A stretch of 64,000 bases of DNA. It comes from an uncultured Thermoleophilia bacterium (GTDB taxonomy: Bacteria > Actinomycetota > Thermoleophilia > UBA2241). Position 1 is the stretch's first letter, and every line of letters begins with the position of its first letter. Position numbers and translations under genes: made by a program. The stretch is taken from NCBI GenBank assembly GCA_963702475.1, contig CAVPCT010000005.1:896001-960000 (forward strand), given 5' to 3'. Positions 31,633 to 40,375 of this stretch are shown here, one piece after another. The notes beneath the pieces are model-generated. The model was not told where the DNA came from, did no database searches, and saw only the letters and a program-made list of their open reading frames with translations.

Positions 31633-31929
31633 ATGGGGGCGATCATTGTCGTCAACCTCCCGGCCAAGCCCGAGAGCAAGGGCCAGCTCCTCGCCACGCT
31701 GAGCACGGCGCTCAAGGACACGCGCGCCTTCGCCGGCTGTCGTGGGGCGAGTCTCTGCACGGACCGCGATGACCCGGCCATGGTCTCGATCGTGGAGCAG
31801 TGGGAGACGCTGCCGCACTACCTCGCGTACGACGCCTGGCGCACAGAGACCGGATTCATGGACATGCTCGCCCCGATGCTCGAAGGCGAGCCCGGCGAGC
31901 GCCGTCTGGAGGAGGCCGACCCCTCGTGA
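31633..31929 (+). CDS. ABM-domain (antibiotic biosynthesis monooxygenase-like) protein
   Basis: DTRAFAGC, VEQWET...Y..WR. Confidence 0.8.
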   Translation: MGAIIVVNLPAKPESKGQLLATLSTALKDTRAFAGCRGASLCTDRDDPAMVSIVEQWETLPHYLAYDAWRTETGFMDMLAPMLEGEPGERRLEEADPS

Positions 31930-32196
31930 GGGTCTCAAGCGCTCGTAGCACACGAGTTGCTCCAACATGTCGCCGCATGGGCGCCCTACATAGCGGCTGA
32001 CCGGGGGCCGTGAACGTCGGGTCCGCGTCGTCCGGCAACGCAAGGGCATCGCAGGCGGCGTCCTGAGCAGGCTCAGAATCACCCCGGACTGCTGTAATCA
32101 GGATGCCGGCGTGCGTGATGTCACGAGGGACCGTCACGCTCGACGACCCCTCGTGACATCGTCCTCTATGGCCCGGTCCCTCGGGCCACCTCAGGC

Positions 32197-32967
32197 CTAG
32201 ACCATGGCGAGATTTGACTCTGGCAGCACCTGGCCGCCGTCGATCGTCAGCGTCTGCCCGGTCACGTAGCTGGCCTCGTCGGAGGCCAGGTAGAGCACTC
32301 CGTTGGCGATGTCCTCTGGGTCCGCGAGCCGTCCCATCGGCGTCGCCTCCTCCATGCTCCTGATGTACTCCTCGCCGAGGCCCTTCATCCCGTCGGTCAT
32401 GGTGTTACCGGGCAGCACTGCGTTGATTGTGATGTTGTCCCTCACTACCTCCAGCGCTGCGCTGCGCATGAACCCAAGCATCGCCGCCTTGCTCGCGCCG
32501 TAGTGAGACCAGCCGGGAAAGCCCGTGTTCGGCCCGGTGATAGACGAGGTCAAGACGATACGCCCGTACTTCTGGCTGCGCATCTGCGGCAGGACCGCTT
32601 TGACCATGTGCATGGTCCCCTTCATGTTGATGTCGAAGACCTTGTCCCACTTCTCGTCCGTCATATCCTCGAGGCGCGCGTCGGGGTAGACGCCGGCGTT
32701 GCTGTACAGCACGTCGATCCGGCCAAAGCGCCGCACGGCCTCATCTGCAGCTGCCACGCACGCGTCGCCGTTCGTGACGTCTGTCTCGACGAAGACCGCG
32801 TCCGCGCCCGCGTTCACGAGCTCCTCGACAGCCGCAGTTCCAGCGGCTGCATCACAATCGCACACAACGACCTTCGCACCCTCGCGGGCGAAGACGCGTG
32901 CCGCCGCACGGCCGATGCCCATACCCGCGCCGGTGACGATGGCCACCTTCCCCTCGAGTCGTCCCAT
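32197..32967 (-). CDS. SDR family oxidoreductase (FabG-like)
   Basis: TGAGMGIG, SNAG, YGASK, NAVLPG. Confidence 0.93.
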   Translation of the reverse strand: MGRLEGKVAIVTGAGMGIGRAAARVFAREGAKVVVCDCDAAAGTAAVEELVNAGADAVFVETDVTNGDACVAAADEAVRRFGRIDVLYSNAGVYPDARLEDMTDEKWDKVFDINMKGTMHMVKAVLPQMRSQKYGRIVLTSSITGPNTGFPGWSHYGASKAAMLGFMRSAALEVVRDNITINAVLPGNTMTDGMKGLGEEYIRSMEEATPMGRLADPEDIANGVLYLASDEASYVTGQTLTIDGGQVLPESNLAMV

Positions 32968-33019
32968 TTGCCCACCTCCAGAGATCTCGCACTTGCCAGT
33001 GCCTCTCTTGGCCTGTCAG

Positions 33020-34516
33020 TCAGATGGTCTGCTCCAGCTTCTTGATCTCCTGTTTCCGCGCAGCACGCTCGCGGGGCAGCTTCGGGTAGCCACCCCACCC
33101 CGCCGGGATGATCCAGAGCTTGGAGAGAGCGTAGTAGAGGATGCAGCACAGCAGGAAGGTCGGCAGGCCGGCGCTCGTGTACTGGAAGAGCTCGCTGTAG
33201 CGCAGACTGATGGGGTCGAGCAACCAGTAGTAGAAGCCGAAACCCACTCCGACCGTTATCGGGAAGGCCGGGTTCACGCCCCTCCAGAAGTAGTACTTGC
33301 TGCTCTTCGAGTCGTCGAAGATGGCGCTCAGATCGAGGTGCTGCTTGCGCAGCAAGAAGTAGTCGACGAAGACGATAGCCATGAGCGGGGCGAGCAGGAT
33401 CGCCCAGATGGAGAGCACCTGCCCGAGTCGCGTGTAGATGACGTCCTGGAAGAGCATCGTGACCATCGTCGGCAAGAGCACGAGGAAGGTCGTCAGTCGC
33501 CAGCTCATCTTGCGACCGAACTTGAAGGTCTTCAGCGCCATCCCACCGGCGTAGCACATGAGTGCGCCCGAGGTGATGTTCGCGAAGACCATGAAGATCA
33601 ATCCGATGACGCCCCACGTCCTGCCGCCCACAGGGATGAGCCACTCGGTCGGGTCGAAGGTGCCCACCACGAGCGCCGTGAGGAAGCCGATCACGATCGC
33701 GATGCCCGCCGGGAATGCTTCTCCGATGACGAACCCGATCGCCACGCCCCTCTGCGTCTTGGTGATGCGCGCCATCGAGCCCATGATCCAGTACCAGGAG
33801 AAGGCGAAGCCGATCATCCATTCGATGGCGAAGGCGTAGTCCACGGTCTTCACGCCGAAGGGCCCTGTCGGCGGGGCGGCGGAGATCTTGCTCCAGCCGT
33901 AGTCCTTGAAGATGAAGTACAGCAGGATGGTCATCACGACGACGAGACCGGGTGCCACGACCCAGTTGAACCACTTGAGGTAGACGGGGCCGGCCGCGAC
34001 CACCCACCAGGTCACGAGCAGAGCGAGCAGAGCGAACAGTGCGGCGAGCCAGTAATCAGCCGTGTCGCTCAACGGCGTGTACGCTTCGATGATGTTGGTG
34101 ATCCCTTTGCCGAGCATGGGATAGATGATCGCGTTGTTGAGATAGACCATGACGAGGATCACGAAGACGCCCATCGCCGGCGCGCCATACCTTCCCATGC
34201 AAGTCCTGGCGTGCTGGCTGAGGTCTATCCCGTACTTCGCAGCCGGCAGTGGGCTGCCGAACAGCACGAGAGCGAAGCCGAGGAGCAGGGCGAAGAAGAT
34301 CACCGCGATCCCTGCCTTGGCGGGCAGGACGTACGCGATGTAGCCGCCCGTGATGAAGCACCACGTGGCGATAGCCAGCGCGGCGTTCACGACCGTGAAG
34401 TCCGCCGTCCCCCAGACTCTGTCGTGAGGAAGCGTCGGGATGATGCTGAAGTGGGCATCCGCCTCCACGACCCCTTCGGCGGTCGTCGCGTCCTGAGCCT
34501 TCGGTTCTTCTGTCAT
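33020..34516 (-). CDS. NCS1 (cytosine/purine/hydantoin) permease family transporter
   Basis: About 12 TM helices; KYGI, ANIT, AIVFVDYFLLRK...YYFWRGVN. Confidence 0.85.
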   Translation of the reverse strand: MTEEPKAQDATTAEGVVEADAHFSIIPTLPHDRVWGTADFTVVNAALAIATWCFITGGYIAYVLPAKAGIAVIFFALLLGFALVLFGSPLPAAKYGIDLSQHARTCMGRYGAPAMGVFVILVMVYLNNAIIYPMLGKGITNIIEAYTPLSDTADYWLAALFALLALLVTWWVVAAGPVYLKWFNWVVAPGLVVVMTILLYFIFKDYGWSKISAAPPTGPFGVKTVDYAFAIEWMIGFAFSWYWIMGSMARITKTQRGVAIGFVIGEAFPAGIAIVIGFLTALVVGTFDPTEWLIPVGGRTWGVIGLIFMVFANITSGALMCYAGGMALKTFKFGRKMSWRLTTFLVLLPTMVTMLFQDVIYTRLGQVLSIWAILLAPLMAIVFVDYFLLRKQHLDLSAIFDDSKSSKYYFWRGVNPAFPITVGVGFGFYYWLLDPISLRYSELFQYTSAGLPTFLLCCILYYALSKLWIIPAGWGGYPKLPRERAARKQEIKKLEQTI

Positions 34517-34571
34517 AGGAGTTCTCCTTAGGCGTCCGTGGACCGAGGAATCCGAACTGATCTCCGGTCGC

Positions 34572-34811
34572 TCAGAACTGATACCAGCCCCAGATGAGCA
34601 GCACGAGTGGGATCACCCCGCACAGGATCGACAGCCACACGTAGTCGAACACGCTCAAGGGCACGACGGATTTGTCCTGGTACCCTGGGGCGGTGAGGAT
34701 GTCCACTCTCTCTCGTATCTCACGCGCGAGCTTCGCTTCTTCGTCTTCCCGAGGGGCTACCGCGCTCGATCCGCTGACGACCTCGGGGGACTCTCCAGAC
34801 TGATCTGCCAT
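34572..34811 (-). CDS. small single-TM protein
   Basis: RBS GGAGGGGG; C-terminal TM; sits in the operon before the permease. Confidence 0.7.
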   Translation of the reverse strand: MADQSGESPEVVSGSSAVAPREDEEAKLAREIRERVDILTAPGYQDKSVVPLSVFDYVWLSILCGVIPLVLLIWGWYQF

Positions 34812-34926
34812 CTCCCCCTCCAAACGCTTCAAGTGACCGCCGTCCCCCTTGGGAGGCGGTACTCAATCGCGGGCCGGGAACGGCTCAAACGCGGACGGCG
34901 CTCTTCCCGGCCCGAGTCACGTGTGT

Positions 34927-35554
34927 CTAGCCCATGAGCTCCTTGCACTTCTCGACGCCGAGGGAGGCGTTGGCCCCGTAGGCGTCGGCGCCCACCTCGG
35001 CGGCCCACTCGGCCGAGACGGGGGCGCCGCCGACGATGACCTTGACCTTGTCGCGCAGGCCGGCGTCCTTGAGGGCCTGGATGGTCTCGGGCATCTTGGG
35101 GATGGTGGTGGTCGAGCAGGCCGCTCATGCCGAGGATGTCGGCGTCGTGCTCTTTGCAGGCGGCGACCATGTCGGCGGGGGTGATGCCCTTGCCGAGGTT
35201 GATGACCTCGAAGCCGGCGCCGCTGAGCAGCATGGCGACGAGGTTCTTGCCGATGTCGTGCATGTCGCCCTCGACGGTGGCGATGACGACCGTGCCGAGG
35301 GAGCCGCCGCCCTCACCGAGAAGCGGCTTGATGATGTCGAGGCAGCCCTGCATGGTGCGGGCGCTGAGCAGCACCTCGGGGATGAACTTGTCGCCGCTCT
35401 TCATCTGCGCGCCGACGATGTCCATGCCGGGAAGCAGGGCGTTGTCGAGGATATCGCGGGCGCAGGCGCCGCCGTCCACGAGCGCCTGGGTGGCGGCCGT
35501 GGCGGCGTCGTTGCCGTCGATGATCATCTGCTTGAGGGACTCGAAGTCTGGCAC
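34927..35554 (-). CDS. methyltransferase cognate corrinoid protein (MttC/MtbC-like), frameshift near 35115
   Basis: FIPEVLLSA, TVEGDMHDIGKNLV (DxHxxG), SGLL-TTT, VIVGGAPV, GADAY. Confidence 0.9.
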
Positions 35555-35596
35555 GGGGCTCCTTTCTGTACACGATCGATCCGGCAAGCTCGCGTC

Positions 35597-37068
35597 TCAC
35601 CCACCCGCATGCTTGGCGTCGGCTGCCGAGACGATCTCGGTGAGCTTCGCGGACACCTCCTCCGGAAGCGGCTCGACCTCAGTCTCGGCGAGGATGCGCC
35701 GCGCCTCGGCGCAGACCCGCGTGTACATGTCCGTGGAGCCCGCCATCGCCCACTCCTCCCGCGAGTGGCGGTCCATGAGGAGCGGGGCGCTCAGCTGTGG
35801 AGCAGTTCCTGAGCGTGCTGGCCGACGAGATGTACTCCGCCTCCGGTCCGAACGCGACGATCTCCTCGATCATCATCGTGTCGTCGTTGGTCGGAATACC
35901 CCCGACGATCTGGCGGATCATGGTGATGAACTCGTTGTCCGCGACGAGCACCCCCATGTCCACTCCGATCCCCGCCTCGATCAACCCGGGCCCATAGATG
36001 TAGCTGGCACCTGCCAGCGCCGGGATGAGCCCCGTGAGCGTGTGCTCGTGACCGCACTGGAGATCACCGAGTTTCGAGTCGCCCTACAAGCCCGCCGCCC
36101 AGGACGGGACCTTCAGGCGCCGCCCGAACTGCGCCGTCGCCGCCATGACGAGAGCCATCTCGGGGCCGCCGACCTGCGCAAGTCCCGTGCGCATGTCGAA
36201 GCCGCACGTCGACTGCCCGACGAGCGCGGGGCAGCCCGGCTCGCAAGCCTGGACGAGCACGAGACCGGCGAGCTCCTCGGCGATGCCGATCACCATCGTG
36301 CCGGCGATCGTCGAGGGCATCGTGGCACCGACCATGCCCATCGAGACGATGATCGTGGGGATGCGAGCGCGCGCCGAGGGGATCACGTAGTCGGTGCAAG
36401 ACTTGTTGAAATGCAGCGGCGCCACCGGCGAGCCCGCGATCAGGGTGTTGGGCTTCTCGGCGAGCTCGTCACGGCCGCCGGCGACGGCGGCAGCCAGCTC
36501 GATGACGGCGTCGGTCTCATGGCGCGACATGAGGGCAATGAGGACCGGCTTCGTCGAGTTGCGCAGTGCCGCCTCCATGCCGTGGATGCTGGCGGTCTCG
36601 ATGGGCACATCCCGCGGCGTGACGGCCATCGTGTTGGTGTCGTACTCGGGGAGGAACTCGGTAAGGTGGCAGATGTCGCCGGCGTCCTTCTTCGTCGTCG
36701 GCCGCAGCTCGCCACTCTCGAGGTCGTAGGTCATGACGCCCTCGAGGAAAGGCGTGAAGGACGGCCTGCCGGCCTCAAGGATGAGATCGTACTTCGAATC
36801 GCGGCCATAGACGCGGACGCGCTCGGGCGTGAGGCTGAGCGCGTGCTCAACGAGTCTCCGGCTGGATCCTCACGATGTGCGACTCGCGATCGACCTTGCA
36901 GCCTGCGTCGGCGTAGATGTCGATGGCTTCGTCTGCTTGCACCTTGATGCCCGTTCTCTCCAGGACCTCAAGGGCTCCGAGGTAGATGTCCTCGACCTCG
37001 TCGTCGGTGAGCGGGTTGAGACCCATTCCGGCGTTGCGATCTCGACCAGCGTGGGGTAGCCGCCTCAT
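35597..37068 (-). CDS. mttB: trimethylamine methyltransferase (MttB) family protein with in-frame TAG at 36084-36086 (putative pyrrolysine); apparent frameshifts near 36850 and 35795
   Basis: MttB motifs throughout (LEVLERTGI, SPVAPLHF, GGPEMAL); VPSWAAGL-TAG-GDSKLGDLQCGHEHTLTGLIPALAGASYIYGPGLIE stays in frame across the amber codon. Confidence 0.9.
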
Positions 37069-37439
37069 AGGCCCTCACACATCCCTTCTCTGCCGCGCAC
37101 GGGCGGGGCCTAACGAGCTGCGAGCCGCAGCCAAAGGCTCTCCGAGAGCCGGCAGACGTCAGTGGACACAACTCCCTCGCGCCGACGCTTCGCTCATCAC
37201 CCCCTCACCCCTCGCAATCGGCGGTTTCGAACGAGAGTTCTACATCGACAACAATAGACACGCCGCTTCTGGGGTGTCAACGTAGGGCTTCAATGGTGAC
37301 TGCTATGCTGGCAAAGGGCGCATTCACAGCACTCGAAAACAAGCGCACCTCTTGCATCACCGGCAATCTGTAGCAGTACTGTATCCGAATGCTTGTTCTA
37401 CGTTTCTCAATCTCGTCGACGAACGTGTAGGCTTCGAAC

Positions 37440-38066
37440 ATGAGCGGGAGACCAGGGAACAAGGGCCGCCGCGGGGGGCAGGACTGAGCCGCCGCAACGA
37501 GGATCCTCGAGGCCTCCAGGAAGTTGCTCGTGGAGCACGGCTGGAAGGGCTTGACCATCTCCGCGATCTGCCGGGAGGCAGGTGTGTACCGCGCGGCGAT
37601 CAACTACCACTTCGGAGGCAAAGAGGGTCTCGCTGCCGTCCTTCTCGAGCGTCTCGTCCACGACGCAGCATTTGGCATGATGACGACGGTTCGTGGCCTC
37701 CTTCCGAGCGACCTCAGGGTCAGAGAGACGGTCAGGGGCTTCGACATGCTGGGCGGCGTCGACCTGCAGGTCGCCTTTTTCGAAGCCTTCACGCACCTCC
37801 TGCGAGACCCCGAGCTTCGCAAGCACCTCGAGCACCTCTACCAGGACGCGAACACCATCGCCGCCGTGGCGATGAGTGGAGGCGACCCGGACAGGGTCGG
37901 CGACCTCTACCGATATGCCGTCATGGTGGTAGCTTTCGCCGATGGGCTGATCATCCAGCAGCTGATCAGCCCGGAAAGAGACTTCGAGCCCACCATCGAA
38001 GCATTCTCGGCGATGCTGACGCCCACAATCGACGCGCTGGTCAACGAGAAGCCGGTGGAGTCTTGA
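37440..38066 (+). CDS. TetR family regulator, divergent from mttB
   Basis: RILEASRKLL...TISAICREAGVYRAAINYHFGGKEGL; 5' end uncertain because of an in-frame TGA at 37485. Confidence 0.85.
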
Positions 38067-39214
38067 CCGAGCACTTCTCCCCCACGAGCCGCCACGAATG
38101 GGGAAGGAGTGGGCGCCCTGTCTGAGCGACCGCCGCGCGGCACGCGGGCAGCGCGCCAAACCCGCCCAGATCGTGCCCCTGATCGCTAGGCACGAGCCCG
38201 AGGAGAGGCACAAGGCCGCGTAGCCGTTCTCAGGGCCGCGGGAGGCAATGCCGCGAGCGAGATTCGGCGCCACAGTGCCGGATCCTTCTGAATAGCGTGC
38301 GTGCCCGGGCTTCGTGTGGGCCCGTGGAGAGGATGAGATCGCGCGACGACCTCTGTGCCAACGACAAGCGCCGCGCTCCCCCACGACGAGGCTTGGAGGG
38401 TCACAATGGCGACAGCACTGCCTCAGCGCCAGACCGCGAGCAAACGGGGCCGTCTCGCATGGGCTGGCTCTGGCACTAACCCGGGCTGCGGCATTCGAAT
38501 CCGTCGTCTCTCACGCCGGTCTCGGTCGGAGCACATTCTTCGTGCTCAGGCTCTGACGCAGCACTATGGCGTGCAGACAATACTCCAACGATCGGCACTC
38601 TCAAAGGACGCGACGATGCTGGTCCACGAGGAGCAGCGCGAAGTAGGCCCGGGCAAGGCGGGCCCTCGGCAGATTCGGCGCCCGCCTCTGCCCCGTACGG
38701 CGGCGGGGGATTCACCCGCCGTGATGCAGCCAGCCCGCTCGGGCCAGAACAGCCGGCGCCACACCTCGATCCAACTACTGCCCCCGCAGCTCCTACGCTT
38801 CTCGACGTCGTGACCTGTTCTTGCTGAGACGAGGCATGTGTCAGCAGGCTCTGCTCTCAGATCACCAGAGACCTCTACGTGCCAGACACTTGCACGCCCT
38901 GTCGCCAGTCTGGCTAGCCTGAGCCGCAATGAGATCTCGGACTTGTGCAGGACCTTCTCATGGAAGGCCGTCGCGCTGCCGCTGACGGGAATGATTCATG
39001 CATCTCCAGTGCACCTCCGTGACAGTCCCTCCCGGCACGCGTCTCGATGCGCTCGCGGAGACGAGAGCGGCGATGGGGCCCGAGCATCCACCCCGACGGC
39101 AGTGGGCCGCGCTGGCTGGCGCAACGGGGTCAAGCGCGATGGTCCGGCGCGGGGGCGAGTGCCCTGTCCGCCCCGCATGCCTCACCACAGGCGAGAAGGC
39201 AGAGGTGAAGCAGA

Positions 39215-39436
39215 GTGCTGAGTGACGGCCCCGATACCCTCAACAGCCGCTGCCACCACAGGTGCGTCGACTGCGGCACCATCTTCCTGACCATCATCGA
39301 CCGCCTGCTCCCGCGCCCCCGCGAGGAACAGGACGAGACGCCCCTCTGCCCGCGCTGCTGCCGGCGCCGCCTCGAGGTCGAGCTCCTGGTGCTCTCCGAG
39401 CAGCTGCCCAGGCCGGCCGGCGGCGACGTGCTGTGA
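39215..39436 (+). CDS. small zinc-finger protein (phage-like)
   Basis: CVDC...CPRC; lies next to the terminase remnant. Confidence 0.45.
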   Translation: MLSDGPDTLNSRCHHRCVDCGTIFLTIIDRLLPRPREEQDETPLCPRCCRRRLEVELLVLSEQLPRPAGGDVL

Positions 39437-39586
39437 GCACGCTGGGTAGGCGGCGACGCCGCGGCATACCGTCGGCTCCCAGGAGGCAGGTCAAGCAGGC
39501 AGCGAGAGCAACAGGCGGCCCGGGGTACGTGCCCCGGGCCGCCTGTGAGGGCCACCGTCGCCCGGCTCTCTGGGCTCAGCCGGCCC

Positions 39587-39790
39587 TCAGCCCTGGTGAC
39601 TCGTGGCGACGGGCAGCTCACGCTCCCTGATCAGCACCTCGGTGAGGCCCCAGACCAGCGCGTCGGCGCGGTCGGGGGAGCCCTGCGTCGCACGGTCCAT
39701 GTCGGGGGTGAAGGCGCACATCTGGTCCTCGAGGGAGGGGAAGCAGCCCACGTGGTGGACCTTGCCTTGCGCGTAGAGCGTAGAGGGCGG
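39587..39790 (-). pseudogene. phage terminase large subunit C-terminal remnant
   Basis: LYAQGKVHHVGCFPSLEDQMCAF...SPDRADALVWGLTE. Confidence 0.75.
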
Positions 39791-39940
39791 CGACCGGTCT
39801 CGATCACCTTGTAGACGAACTCGACGTAGAGCCGCGCCATGACGATGAAGGCGTGGCGGTTGCCGCCATCGACGCCTCACGCTGCGGAGGCGGCGGGCGT
39901 GACGGCCCGCCCCCCGCTACCCCTTCTCTCCGCCTCCTCA

Positions 39941-40252
39941 CTACTCCGTGTGTCGAGGCCAGTGGGGCGTCTTGCGCGTGGCCGTCGGCACCTCCGCAGG
40001 CGCCGCGGGCGGCGTTTCACCGGCCAGGATGGCCCGGATGACCGGCGACCTGTTCCTCGGCACATCGGCCGTCACCGCTGACGCCGCGCCCGCGGTCGTC
40101 ACCGCGGCCGCCGACGTGGTCTGAGACTGCGTCTCCCAGGGCTGGTCGACCAGGACCAGCACGACGACCGCGACGGCGGCAGCGACCAGGAGGACGGCGA
40201 TCGTTCGCCACGGCACCTGCACGTGCGGCCTGTGAGTGATGGTGACGCTCAT
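39941..40252 (-). CDS. small membrane-anchored protein (MSVTITHRPHVQVPWRTIAVLL...)
   Basis: RBS GGAGGG; N-terminal TM; shared promoter motif upstream. Confidence 0.65.
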   Translation of the reverse strand: MSVTITHRPHVQVPWRTIAVLLVAAAVAVVVLVLVDQPWETQSQTTSAAAVTTAGAASAVTADVPRNRSPVIRAILAGETPPAAPAEVPTATRKTPHWPRHTE

Positions 40253-40284
40253 GATCCCTCCGATCTCCGCTTGTCCTCGATCTG

Positions 40285-40330
40285 AAGGTAGGCCTCACGG
40301 GGACGCTGCACATCGGCCGAAACGGATTAA
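40285..40330 (-). promoter_or_regulatory. degenerate palindromic activator site followed by -10 element
   Basis: Minus strand TTAATCCGTTTCGGCCGATG-N20-TACCTT, immediately downstream of the MalT-like gene. Confidence 0.5.
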
Positions 40331-40375
40331 TCGTCAAACGGGTAGCGTGCGGCGAGGGTGCCGAATGAGACGATG

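Noticed and set aside
37485-37487. In-frame TGA near the TetR N-terminus as selenocysteine
   Set aside because: It lies in a non-conserved N-terminal tail next to a G homopolymer, at no Cys-equivalent position; compensating indels or a later start are more likely
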